Of a stretch of DNA of 64,000 nt, positions 35,651 to 45,238 are shown piece by piece. Below the pieces are notes generated by a model. It was given only the letters and a program-made list of their open reading frames with translations, had not been told where the DNA came from and did not search any database. The first letter of the stretch is position 1; every line of letters starts with the position of its first letter. Source of the stretch: Candidatus Methanomethylophilaceae archaeon (GTDB lineage: Archaea; Thermoplasmatota; Thermoplasmata; Methanomassiliicoccales; Methanomethylophilaceae); assembly GCA_017468935.1 (NCBI GenBank), contig JAFUHJ010000120.1, forward strand, positions 4,567 through 68,566. The letters are read 5' to 3'. The translations under genes were made by a program, and so were the position numbers.

Positions 35651-38434
35651 ATGAATAAGACGATGACCGTGTTCGCCGTGATCCTCAGTGTGATCACAGC
35701 GTTCTTCCTGGTCAACATTACCGACGGCACCGACGGTGCCCTTCCGGAGGGATATAAGGTCATATCCGATGCTGATACCGTATGCTATACGGACAGCACC
35801 CTGCCCGGAGACAAACTATACATAACCTCTTCTTCGATAGGAGCGGATGCGTTCAAAGGATGCACCACGATAACCTATGTGTTGCTGGACAAAGACGTGA
35901 AGACTGTCGGGAACAATGCATTCGAAGGGTGCACGAAACTGGTGAGCTTCAGAGCACCGAGTGTCACGTCCATAGGGGACGGATGTTTCAAGAACACCGG
36001 TAAGACCACTTTCGAGTTCACTTCCGCTCTGAGGACGGTCGGCGCCAATGCGTTCGAAGGTTGTCAGGGATTCGGACCTTATCTTATGGGTACGGAAGTT
36101 AATGAAATTAAATCAGAGACATTCAAGGGAAGCAAGGTAAGATTCGAGGACCTCAGAGGAGTCACGAATATCGCGATCAATGCATTCTCTGATTGCAACC
36201 TTAGAGGCCAGATAGTGGAAGAGAACCAATCTGTAAAGATATCCGGAGTGCCTGAGATCACGTTTGACAATGCATTCATCTCCGGCATGGTTGTAACTGT
36301 ATTGACCAGCGGAGCCTACAAGCTGTACTTCATCACAGAAAGTTCGGATGCTGCACTAAGATTCACAGAATCCAGTGGAACAAATACTATCACTTCCAAG
36401 TATGGCGTTTATGGATTCTACTGCGAATACAAGTTCAACAACACGGACCTCAAGGTCGAAGGGGACAAGTGGACCGTCCATTTCCCCTCGGACTCGGGTC
36501 TCAAAGACATGGTGCGCGTCACTGGAGAAGGCAGCTTCTTCATCCCCAAACCGACTGTGGCCACAGACCTGTTCAAATCATGGAACATAAAAGGGGAGAC
36601 CGGTACCAGAACAGAGATCACCGAAAAGGAGTTCGCACAGTTGGATCCGGACATCTATCTGGAATCCACTTACAACACGATGACGGTCACATACGACCAT
36701 TCGGCCCTTCCGAATGCATCTGGATTACCAACATCCGGAACGTTCTCAGTTGGCGATTCGTATCCGACCATGCCTGACACTGCCGGATACTTATTCACAG
36801 GCTGGTCCGTAGGATACAAATCCTTCGCCGGAGGGGATAGGATAACGACATATCAGGACCATGTCGCAGTCAGCAAATGGACAGCGGCCACATTCGATGT
36901 GTCGGTCGTATCCCAAGGAAAGGTCGTGTCAACGAAAACCGTTGAGGCGAACACTGCTCTGAAACTATACCAATTGTCTGTGACCGTGCCGGAATCCAAG
37001 GTGCTCAAGGGATGGAGCCTCCAGGAGAACGGCAGTGTTCTGACTTCCGATCCGATCATAGACCATGATTGCAGCATATACGCGATCTTCGGTGACAAGA
37101 TACAGTACACGGTCAGATATCTGGACGGTCAGACCGTCCTAGAATCGATGAAAGTGAATGACGGTTCGGTCCTCACGATCGGACAGGACAATCCGGTGAA
37201 GGAAGGCAAATCATTCCAGAACTGGGAGTTGGGGGACACGGGAAAGAAATACTACAAAGGAGAGAGTCTGACCGTCAACGGCGATCTGGATCTGAAGGCC
37301 GTCTGGCTAAACATACAGCACACGGTCACTTATTCCTTAGGAGAACATACACAAACCTCGTCATACGACTACGGTACCGAGATCACGATCGGATCGGATG
37401 ATGCCGTCAAAGAGGGTCACGAACTTCAGGGATGGTCCCTCTCATCTGTCGGCGAGGTCCAATATCACAACGGCGACAAGATCGTTCTGAAGGGGGACCT
37501 GATGCTATACCCTGTCTGGAAGGAGATACCTGAACCGACATCTCCCGCTACTGAACCAGAACAGTCTACGGATTCGCCAGATGCACCGGTAACCACACCA
37601 GAGACTACGCCCACGACCACACCTGACACCCCTTCAACACCTACCGTAACCCCGTCAACACCGACTCAGACAACGACACCGTCTTCGGATCAGGATAAGA
37701 CAACTCCGGGGTCATCCTCAGGAACAGTGCCGAAGACTGAAGATGACTCACCATCCGCCCCTTCCAGGACTGTGACACCTGTTGTACAGACAAGCTACAG
37801 CCTGAAGCTGATGAACGGTTCCTCCGAATTCGACACATACTCGGTGAACGACGGTAGATTCGCGCTGTCTGCGGCCGGGACACCCGTACAGACCGGTTAC
37901 AAGTTCCTCGGCTGGAGCAAGACGAGCACCGCCAAGATCCCCGAATACACATCCTCGAGTACCGTGCCGGTGCGCTCGGATACCACGCTCTATGCCATAT
38001 GGGAGAAGCTCGTATGCGTCACATTCCATGACGATACAGGCACCTTCAGCGATACCACGTACTGCGAGAATAACGGTTCGATAGTTCTGAAGGATATGAA
38101 CAGAGAAGGTTACATCTTCAAGGGATGGTCTGAGAACAACTCGACCGCGGTACTGAAAGGAACTATGACCGTCACAAGGGATCTCGATCTCTATCCTCAA
38201 TGGGAACCTATCAAGACCGAGGAGGAGACGACACCTCAGGCCACCGATCCCGATACCTCTGCTCAGACACCAGCGGATAAGACCGACACCACGGAACCAA
38301 CTACTCCTGTGACTCCTGCGTCGACCAAGACCTCTGGCGGGAGCGACAACTCCAACGCCATTATGATAACCGTTGGTGCAGCATTGGCGGCTGCCATCAC
38401 AGCGATCGTCTTCATACAGTTCAGGAGAGCTTGA
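35651..38434 (+). CDS. adhesin-like surface protein: signal/anchor + BspA-type LRR + Listeria-Bacteroides (Flg_new) repeats + Thr/Pro linkers + C-terminal TM anchor
   Basis: N-terminal hydrophobic signal (MTVFAVILSVITAFFLV). LRR_5-like units (GADAFKGCTTITYV, GNNAFEGCTKLVSF, GANAFEGCQGF). About five G(Y/H/K)xFxGWS repeats. PT-rich linkers and a terminal AIMITVGAALAAAITAIVFIQFRRA. Confidence 0.85.
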   Translation: MNKTMTVFAVILSVITAFFLVNITDGTDGALPEGYKVISDADTVCYTDSTLPGDKLYITSSSIGADAFKGCTTITYVLLDKDVKTVGNNAFEGCTKLVSFRAPSVTSIGDGCFKNTGKTTFEFTSALRTVGANAFEGCQGFGPYLMGTEVNEIKSETFKGSKVRFEDLRGVTNIAINAFSDCNLRGQIVEENQSVKISGVPEITFDNAFISGMVVTVLTSGAYKLYFITESSDAALRFTESSGTNTITSKYGVYGFYCEYKFNNTDLKVEGDKWTVHFPSDSGLKDMVRVTGEGSFFIPKPTVATDLFKSWNIKGETGTRTEITEKEFAQLDPDIYLESTYNTMTVTYDHSALPNASGLPTSGTFSVGDSYPTMPDTAGYLFTGWSVGYKSFAGGDRITTYQDHVAVSKWTAATFDVSVVSQGKVVSTKTVEANTALKLYQLSVTVPESKVLKGWSLQENGSVLTSDPIIDHDCSIYAIFGDKIQYTVRYLDGQTVLESMKVNDGSVLTIGQDNPVKEGKSFQNWELGDTGKKYYKGESLTVNGDLDLKAVWLNIQHTVTYSLGEHTQTSSYDYGTEITIGSDDAVKEGHELQGWSLSSVGEVQYHNGDKIVLKGDLMLYPVWKEIPEPTSPATEPEQSTDSPDAPVTTPETTPTTTPDTPSTPTVTPSTPTQTTTPSSDQDKTTPGSSSGTVPKTEDDSPSAPSRTVTPVVQTSYSLKLMNGSSEFDTYSVNDGRFALSAAGTPVQTGYKFLGWSKTSTAKIPEYTSSSTVPVRSDTTLYAIWEKLVCVTFHDDTGTFSDTTYCENNGSIVLKDMNREGYIFKGWSENNSTAVLKGTMTVTRDLDLYPQWEPIKTEEETTPQATDPDTSAQTPADKTDTTEPTTPVTPASTKTSGGSDNSNAIMITVGAALAAAITAIVFIQFRRA

Positions 38435-38551
38435 CATGACGGTCAGGAAGAACAAAAAGAACCACTTCCGGCGGCGGTAGGCCGACGAGACCGTCGGCAC
38501 CGCATCATCAAACCATTTATACAGCCCCGACCGTAAGGAGGTGTGAGTCAG

Positions 38552-40483
38552 ATGGCAGCGATAAGACTGGGGAAGAATCATCTAAGATGGTGTTACGAAT
38601 GCAACCTTCCTATATTGGAGAAGGAGCAGTGTCCGGTCTGCGCCAGACCTACCGAGGAAGTCGTGCTCACACCTCCGGGGGACTCCAGGCCAGCTTTCGA
38701 ACACGATATCGAACTGCTCAGGAGCATCCTCGACCGCGATTACGGAGAGGGTGCAGGAAAAGCCGTCATACCGGACAATCACGTGGTCATACTCAACAAG
38801 GCCCCGTCCCTCGACAGGATGGACGAGGTCATCATCGACGGTGCGGTCATCGCATCGTTCAGATACGACATGGGATCCGGATGGAAGTTCGTTGCCAGAA
38901 TGCAGGGCGCGTACCGCATAGGGAAGCACTTCTCCAAGGGATACGTGGTCTGCGACCCAGAGGCCGTCAAGTTCGTCAGGGAGAGCAAGAACCTCATGGC
39001 ACCCGGTGTTGTCGATGCCGACCCGGATATTAAGCTCGGGGACGAGATTATCATAGTCACTCCCGACAGGGAGGTCGTCGCCACCGGTATGGCCAAGATG
39101 ACAGGTCCCGAGATGGTGGAATCCACAAAGGGTGTCGCCGTCAGGACCCGTTGGTACAGACCCGAGGAATTCAGGGATCTGACCGATAAGAATAACTCAT
39201 GGGACGAGGCCGTCAAGGCCAACGAGGGAGTCATCAAGAGAAGGGTCGATGAGGCCGTCGGCTTCATCAAGAAGACCATGGAGAAGCAGGATCTCCCCAC
39301 CATCGTTTCGTTCTCCGGAGGCAAGGACAGCCTTGCCTCGCTTCTGCTCACATTGGATGCAGGTCTTAAACTGCCTGTCCTCTTCGTCGATACAGGATTG
39401 GAGTTCGACGAGACCGTACAGCACGTCCACGATGTCTGCGATAGGCACGGGCTCCAGCTCATAGAGGAGAAGGCCCCCACGGATGCCTTCTTCGGGAACC
39501 TGGTCTACTTCGGGCCCCCTGCCAAGGATTACAGGTGGTGCTGCAAGACCAACAAGCTGGGTCCGACCGTGGGTGCCATCAATAAGCACTTCCCGGACGG
39601 GGTGCTCTCGTTCATCGGACAAAGGAAGTACGAGTCCGAACAGAGGAACTCCAAGCCCCGCGTTTGGAAGAACCCCTGGACGCCGGGACAGATAGGAGCC
39701 TCACCCATCCAGAGCTGGTGCGCCATGCACGTCTGGATGTACATATTCTACAAGAAGGAGCCTTACAACGTCTGGTACACGAGAGGTCTGGACAGGATAG
39801 GCTGCTTCCTATGTCCCGCATCGGATCTTGCCGAATTCGACGCCATAGCCGGAAAGAGCAGGAGATGGGACGAATGGGACAAGTACCTTGACAGCTATAT
39901 GCAGGACCGCGGTCTTCCGAAGGAATGGAAGGAGTACAGCCTTTGGAGATGGAAGAGCGCACCGAACTCCATCAAGGAGGAGGTCCAGAGAGTGTCCGGA
40001 AAAGAGGTGTCGGAACTTACCAAACAGACGAAGGCCCCGGAGAAGGGGCCGATCACGATCAAGGTGCAGGACGGATACTCGCCCTGTACGGTCGGATACA
40101 GCATCGAGGCCGCACTGTCCAGGCCAGTGGATCTTGAGAAGGTCAGGCCGTTCTGCCACGCCATCACGTGGATCGTGCCCGACAAGGTCGAGGATGACTA
40201 TCTCGAGCTGGGAGGAGCCACGCTCTACGCAGCTGGATCCATCATCAGCAAGTCCGGTTCTGAGCTTGATGCCAGGAGGACTATCGACCATATCTTCCAA
40301 CTCATAATGCGTGCCGAGCAGTGCGTTGGATGCGGGTTGTGTGCCGCCAGATGCAGGCCACACGCCCTGTACATGGAGGACGGGAAGGTCCATATCCATG
40401 AGGACGAATGCATATTCTGCAGAGAATGCTTCGGGCCCTGCCCCTCTGTCAACTTCGCAAGAGGCGAGGAATTCGAGCAGTAA
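38552..40483 (+). CDS. Zn-ribbon + PUA + PAPS-reductase-family PP-loop ATPase + 2x[4Fe-4S] ferredoxin multidomain protein
   Basis: CYECNLP..CPVC; PUA-like KGYVVCDPEAVKFV..GDEIIIVTPDREVVATGMAKM; FSGGKDSLASL PP-loop; C-terminal CVGCGLCAARCRP and CIFCRECFGPCP. SD-like AGGAGGTG sits 8 nt upstream of ATG 38552. Confidence 0.8.
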   Translation: MAAIRLGKNHLRWCYECNLPILEKEQCPVCARPTEEVVLTPPGDSRPAFEHDIELLRSILDRDYGEGAGKAVIPDNHVVILNKAPSLDRMDEVIIDGAVIASFRYDMGSGWKFVARMQGAYRIGKHFSKGYVVCDPEAVKFVRESKNLMAPGVVDADPDIKLGDEIIIVTPDREVVATGMAKMTGPEMVESTKGVAVRTRWYRPEEFRDLTDKNNSWDEAVKANEGVIKRRVDEAVGFIKKTMEKQDLPTIVSFSGGKDSLASLLLTLDAGLKLPVLFVDTGLEFDETVQHVHDVCDRHGLQLIEEKAPTDAFFGNLVYFGPPAKDYRWCCKTNKLGPTVGAINKHFPDGVLSFIGQRKYESEQRNSKPRVWKNPWTPGQIGASPIQSWCAMHVWMYIFYKKEPYNVWYTRGLDRIGCFLCPASDLAEFDAIAGKSRRWDEWDKYLDSYMQDRGLPKEWKEYSLWRWKSAPNSIKEEVQRVSGKEVSELTKQTKAPEKGPITIKVQDGYSPCTVGYSIEAALSRPVDLEKVRPFCHAITWIVPDKVEDDYLELGGATLYAAGSIISKSGSELDARRTIDHIFQLIMRAEQCVGCGLCAARCRPHALYMEDGKVHIHEDECIFCRECFGPCPSVNFARGEEFEQ

Positions 40484-40515
40484 TCGATTATAACACTGTC
40501 CGCGATTCCCCTGTC

Positions 40516-42078
40516 ATGAAACTGATTGTCCAGCCATCGGACGTTGCTATGTCCGAACCAGTGGTCATGCTCAACAGAGACGACTGTTTGCAATTGGGCG
40601 TAGGCCCGACTGACAGGATCCTGATCACATCGGTGCGTTCCATAGTCACATCCATAGTGACGACCGACAACGAGGTCGGGAAAGGATCCATAGGGATGCC
40701 CGCCTATGTTCTCGAGAGGTGCGGGGCGACCGATGGCGGACTGGTCGATGTTGTATACTCCCCGATGCCCGAATCCGTCAAATCAATCCGCAAGAAGATC
40801 AACGGCAATACGCTTAACGGGGAGGAGATCGGATCCATCGTCGAGGACATCATGGAAGGGAATCTGGCCGAAAAGGAGATCCTCGCATTCGTATCCGCGT
40901 TCAATGTTAACAACGCTACGATATCCGAGATAGCCCAGCTCACCAGATCCATGGCGTCCACCGGCATCATGGTGGACTTCGGCACGATGCCCGTGATGGA
41001 CTTCCACAGCCTGGGCGGTGTCCCCGGCAACAAGATAACGCCCATTGTCGTATCCATAGTGGCATCCGAAGGATTGCTCATCCCCAAGATGTCCTCCCGC
41101 GCCATCAGCAGCGCCTGCGGTACATCCGATTTCGTCGATACATTCTGCGATGTCGAACTGGACAGGGAACAGCTCATGTCGGCAATAAAGAGGGCCAACG
41201 GGGTGTTCGCCTGCGGCAACGAGGACTATGCCCCCGTAGGCAGGAAGATCATCAGGGCGGAACGTCCCATGGGCATCGACCCCAGACCGACCATGCTGGC
41301 CTCCATCATGAGCAAGAAGGTCGCTATAGGTACCACACATCTGCTCATCGACATCCCCATGGGCGAGGGTTCCAAGATACCTGATATCGCCACTGCAAGG
41401 GATTACGCGAAGGACCTTACCGAACTAGGCACCCTGCTGGGAATACATGTGGAATGCGGCGTCTCCCGTGCCGATGAACCAATAGGGCATATGATCGGAC
41501 CCATCCTTGAGGCCAAGGAATGCATAGAAGTTCTCGAGAGAGGTGACGGCGACCCGGAAGTCGTGGACAAGGCTTGCAGCATGGCAGGCATACTCCTTGA
41601 GATGGCGGGAGAACAGGACGGGAAGGAGCGCGCGTTGAAGATCCTCGGATCCGGAGCCGCACACCGCAAGTTCCTGGAGATAGTCGAAGCCCAGAACGGG
41701 GACCCCGGATTGAGGTCCGAACATCTGGTCCCGGGATCTTTCGTCAAGGATGTCCACGCCAAAAGGACTGGGTTCGTACAGTACATAGATAATGCGGGTA
41801 TGGTCGCCATCGCCAAGGGTGCCGGGGCGCCTTCTGATCTTGGTGCAGGACTCGAGATGCTGCATAAGAAGGGCGACAGGGTCGAGGAAGGAGACGTGCT
41901 GTTCAGGATATATGCCGAGAACCAGGCCAAGCTGGACCGTGCGGTGGAATCGGCCAGATCCCGCCGTCCTATGTACGTTCAGGACACCCCGGTGCAGGAT
42001 TCCGGTCCCATGATGCTGGAAAGGATCCCTTCCAAGAAGTTGTTGGACCTCATCAGGTTCGCCAGGAGCACAAAGTGA
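40516..42078 (+). CDS. AMP phosphorylase (archaeal thymidine-phosphorylase-family, DeoA-type)
   Basis: ~84-aa archaeal N-terminal domain (MKLIVQPSDV...VVMLNRDDCLQLGV) followed by glycosyltransferase family-3 motifs (HSLGGVPGNKITP, TSDF) and a C-terminal PYNP domain. Confidence 0.85.
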   Translation: MKLIVQPSDVAMSEPVVMLNRDDCLQLGVGPTDRILITSVRSIVTSIVTTDNEVGKGSIGMPAYVLERCGATDGGLVDVVYSPMPESVKSIRKKINGNTLNGEEIGSIVEDIMEGNLAEKEILAFVSAFNVNNATISEIAQLTRSMASTGIMVDFGTMPVMDFHSLGGVPGNKITPIVVSIVASEGLLIPKMSSRAISSACGTSDFVDTFCDVELDREQLMSAIKRANGVFACGNEDYAPVGRKIIRAERPMGIDPRPTMLASIMSKKVAIGTTHLLIDIPMGEGSKIPDIATARDYAKDLTELGTLLGIHVECGVSRADEPIGHMIGPILEAKECIEVLERGDGDPEVVDKACSMAGILLEMAGEQDGKERALKILGSGAAHRKFLEIVEAQNGDPGLRSEHLVPGSFVKDVHAKRTGFVQYIDNAGMVAIAKGAGAPSDLGAGLEMLHKKGDRVEEGDVLFRIYAENQAKLDRAVESARSRRPMYVQDTPVQDSGPMMLERIPSKKLLDLIRFARSTK

Positions 42079-42140
42079 TACACCCGTATCCGGTATCGGC
42101 CAACTCTTTTATCCTTCATGCTGATACGATAGCGATTAAG

Positions 42141-42773
42141 ATGAAGGTAGATCCCGACGATCTCACAGCGGCTATGGAGAAAGACCCCGCTCTCATTGAT
42201 GAGAACGACGCCATCAAATACCATACTGGGCTGCAGGCAGTCAGCATGTACAGGGAAAGCCACGAGCTGTGGCTGAAGGGCGATAAGGAGAAGGCCAGGG
42301 AGATCAACTACAAGGCACATCAGCTCACCGGCTGTGACATTCATCCCGGAGCGACCATCGGCAAGAGATTCTTCATCGACCATGCCACTGGCGTCGTCAT
42401 AGGGGAGACCACCATAATCGGAGAGGATGTCTCGCTCTATCAGGGAGTCACCCTCGGAGGCGTGTCGACCAGCAAGGGAAAGAGGCACCCCACCCTTGGG
42501 AACAACATCGTGGTAGGCTGTAACGCATCGATATTGGGCAACATCACCATCGGTGACAATGTGCGCGTGGGAGCAGGCTCCGTCGTACTCAAGGACGTCC
42601 CCCGCGATTGTACGGTAGTCGGAGTGCCCGGAAGGATCGTCAAATGCGGCGGGGTCAGGGTGAAGGACTGCCTGAACCATGCGGACCTGCCGGATCCCGA
42701 AGAGGATGAGATCACGAAGCTCCGCAATGAAATCGAGCTCCTGAAGAAGCAGATCTCAGAGCTCAAACACTGA
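42141..42773 (+). CDS. cysE: serine O-acetyltransferase
   Basis: DIHPGATIGKRFFIDHATGVVIGETTIIGEDVSLYQGVTLGG is the CysE hexapeptide signature. ATG at 42141 chosen. Confidence 0.9.
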   Translation: MKVDPDDLTAAMEKDPALIDENDAIKYHTGLQAVSMYRESHELWLKGDKEKAREINYKAHQLTGCDIHPGATIGKRFFIDHATGVVIGETTIIGEDVSLYQGVTLGGVSTSKGKRHPTLGNNIVVGCNASILGNITIGDNVRVGAGSVVLKDVPRDCTVVGVPGRIVKCGGVRVKDCLNHADLPDPEEDEITKLRNEIELLKKQISELKH

Positions 42774-42782
42774 TTATCAACA

Positions 42783-42805
42783 GATGCCGTCCGATGGACG
42801 GCATC
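42783..42805 (+). terminator. hairpin GATGCCGTCC-GAT-GGACGGCATC after cysE
   Basis: Perfect 10-bp stem, 10 nt after the stop. Confidence 0.6.
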
Positions 42806-42893
42806 ATCCTCCACATACCATCGATATCTGGGATGTCGGATACTGCCCGCCCCTATTCCTTATTTATCTCCTTTAGGATACGACATCGATCAA

Positions 42894-44324
42894 ATGTCTC
42901 TGATGATCCATAACACCCTGACGAATTCCAAAGAGGAATTCAGGACGATCGAGCCCGGAAAAGTGAAGATGTACGTATGCGGGGTCACCGTATACGATGA
43001 CATACACATGGGGCACGCCAGATGCATGATAGTGTTCGACACCGTAGTCCGCTACCTGAGGTATCTGGGCTACCAGGTCACCCACGTGACGAACTTCACG
43101 GATGTGGATGACAAGATCATCACCAGGGCAGCGAAGGAGGGCATCGAACCCCTCGAGCTCTCGGCAAGATACATAGACAAGTACTTCGAGGATGCCGCCA
43201 AACTGGGAATCAACAAGGCGGACATCTATCCCAAGGCCAGTGAATGCATCGGAGACATCATCGCAATGGTCCAGAAGATCATAGACAAGGGATTCGGATA
43301 CGTCACCAGCGACGGCAGCGTCTATTTCTCCATCGACAAGGTCGAGAACTACGGGAGACTTGTGAAATCCAAACTGGAGGACATGTCCTCATCCGGACGT
43401 GTCCAGATGGACGGCGAGAAGAAGAATCCCATGGACTTCGCCATCTGGAAAGCGGCCAAACCCGGCGAGTGCTCCTGGGATTCCCCCTGGGGAAAGGGAA
43501 GGCCCGGATGGCATATCGAATGCTCCGCTATGATCGACAGATATCTGGGAGAGCAGATAGATATCCACGGAGGAGGGAACGACCTCATCTTCCCCCACCA
43601 CGAGAACGAGATTCTGCAGACGGAGGCCGTTACAGGCAAACCTCTGGCCAACTACTGGATGCACAACGGTATGCTGCAGGTCAAGGGACACGGCATGACC
43701 AAGGAGGAGAAGATGTCCAAATCACTCGGCAACTTCTTCACGGTCAAGGATGTCACTGCCAAATACGATCCCCAGACCATCAGGTTCTACTTCCTCAACA
43801 CACATTACATGAGTCCCCTCCTGTACGGAGAGGACATGCTGGAGGAGGCCAAGGCTGCCGATTCCAGGATCATCAACAACTACAAGGACCTCAGGTCCTA
43901 CGTGAAGAATGCTCCCGAAGGGGATGCTGATGCCAATGACTGCTGTGATGTGATCGAATCCTACAGGCAGGCCTTCAGGGATGCCATGGATGACGATTTC
44001 AACACCCGTCAGGCGATAGAGGTCATCTTCCAGATGGTCAGGGCCACGAACAAGGCCATGAACGAAAAGACACTCTGCAAGAAGGCCGCACAGAAGCACA
44101 TCGATCTGATGGACGAGTTCAACGGCATCCTCAACATAATCCCTGCTGACGACGGAACCGACGACGGAACACTAGATGACGTGATGGACATCCTCATCGA
44201 CCTGCGCGCAGAGCTCAGGAAGAACAAGATGTACGATCTCGCCGACATGATCCGTGACAGGCTCAAGGAAGCAGGTGTCGTGCTCGAGGACTCCAAGGAC
44301 GGCGCAAAATGGAAGAAGATCTGA
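42894..44324 (+). CDS. cysS: cysteine--tRNA ligase
   Basis: MYVCGVTVYDDIHMGHARC (HIGH), GWHIECSAM and KMSKSLGN (KMSKS). Confidence 0.95.
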   Translation: MSLMIHNTLTNSKEEFRTIEPGKVKMYVCGVTVYDDIHMGHARCMIVFDTVVRYLRYLGYQVTHVTNFTDVDDKIITRAAKEGIEPLELSARYIDKYFEDAAKLGINKADIYPKASECIGDIIAMVQKIIDKGFGYVTSDGSVYFSIDKVENYGRLVKSKLEDMSSSGRVQMDGEKKNPMDFAIWKAAKPGECSWDSPWGKGRPGWHIECSAMIDRYLGEQIDIHGGGNDLIFPHHENEILQTEAVTGKPLANYWMHNGMLQVKGHGMTKEEKMSKSLGNFFTVKDVTAKYDPQTIRFYFLNTHYMSPLLYGEDMLEEAKAADSRIINNYKDLRSYVKNAPEGDADANDCCDVIESYRQAFRDAMDDDFNTRQAIEVIFQMVRATNKAMNEKTLCKKAAQKHIDLMDEFNGILNIIPADDGTDDGTLDDVMDILIDLRAELRKNKMYDLADMIRDRLKEAGVVLEDSKDGAKWKKI

Positions 44325-45238
44325 TTTTAAAATCCCAACTGATACTTGACGGGGGCGGGATGAAGGTCCCGCAGGGATTCGATCACCCCTATGCCGACCC
44401 CAAAGGGGACGGCACTGGATCCATAATCGCCTCCTTCGGAGGCACCAGATTCAGGATGAGGTATTCCCCGGACAAAGGCGAGCTAGAACTGTGCTCCGGA
44501 CCAGAAGGATACTATCTTACCCGCAACGGGGAACCGTTCATAGACCGCATCGAGTTCGTCCAGGCGTTCTGTCATTCACCGGAACAGGCGAACGTGAATC
44601 TCGGGAAGTTCTCCTCCGTCGAAGAAATCCTAGCCTATGTGGACAGGATAGTCTCCACAGGCACGGTCAAAGGGATACCTGTGAGCCTGGGTCCGGACTC
44701 GACATTAGATGATTGCATCGAGGTCATAGGAAAGATTCGTTCCAGATACCCAACGATACCCATCGGACTCAGTTATGGGGCCGCTGATAGGGAAACAATG
44801 ATGGCCTTGAAGAATGCGGGACTCACGGAATTCAAGGTCTCGGTCGGTTCCACGGTACCGCGCATCTTCGATGCCCTGCACGAGAACGGCGATATGCAAT
44901 CCATCATGAGGTGCCTGGAAGAAGCGGTGGACATCTTCGGCAAGGGGAAGGTCTGCTCAGGCCTGTTCGCCGGACTCGGAGAAACGGATGACGAGATGGA
45001 GAAGTCCATCAGGGATCTCAGCAGCATCGGTGTGCTGACGGACCTCAAAGTGAAGAAGAACCGCAAGGCATTCGAAGAGAAGCTCGGCAGGATCGAACCC
45101 CTCTCCGTCGAAAGATTATCCATGCTCGGAAGGGTGCTGAAGGATATAGAAGCGGAATACGGCCTCGATCCAAGGACGATGGACACGCTCTGTCTGGCCT
45201 GCAGATGCTGCAACCTTGTGGCGTTCAGAGATTACTGA
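44309..45238 (+). CDS. radical-SAM-like TIM-barrel protein lacking the canonical CX3CX2C, with C-terminal Cys cluster
   Basis: BioB/HydE-like segments (NAGLTEFKVSVGST, SGLFAGLGETDDEM). Only one Cys sits where CX3CX2C is expected (AFCHSPEQAN). The C-terminus reads CLACRCCN. Alternative ATG at 44360. Confidence 0.4.
   Translation: MEEDLILKSQLILDGGGMKVPQGFDHPYADPKGDGTGSIIASFGGTRFRMRYSPDKGELELCSGPEGYYLTRNGEPFIDRIEFVQAFCHSPEQANVNLGKFSSVEEILAYVDRIVSTGTVKGIPVSLGPDSTLDDCIEVIGKIRSRYPTIPIGLSYGAADRETMMALKNAGLTEFKVSVGSTVPRIFDALHENGDMQSIMRCLEEAVDIFGKGKVCSGLFAGLGETDDEMEKSIRDLSSIGVLTDLKVKKNRKAFEEKLGRIEPLSVERLSMLGRVLKDIEAEYGLDPRTMDTLCLACRCCNLVAFRDY

Noticed and set aside
37530-38355. Repetitive ACC/CCT/ACG-rich DNA that could be mistaken for tandem repeats or a CRISPR-like array.
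   Set aside because: It is in frame inside the adhesin gene and encodes Thr/Pro-rich linkers. There is no repeat-spacer periodicity.
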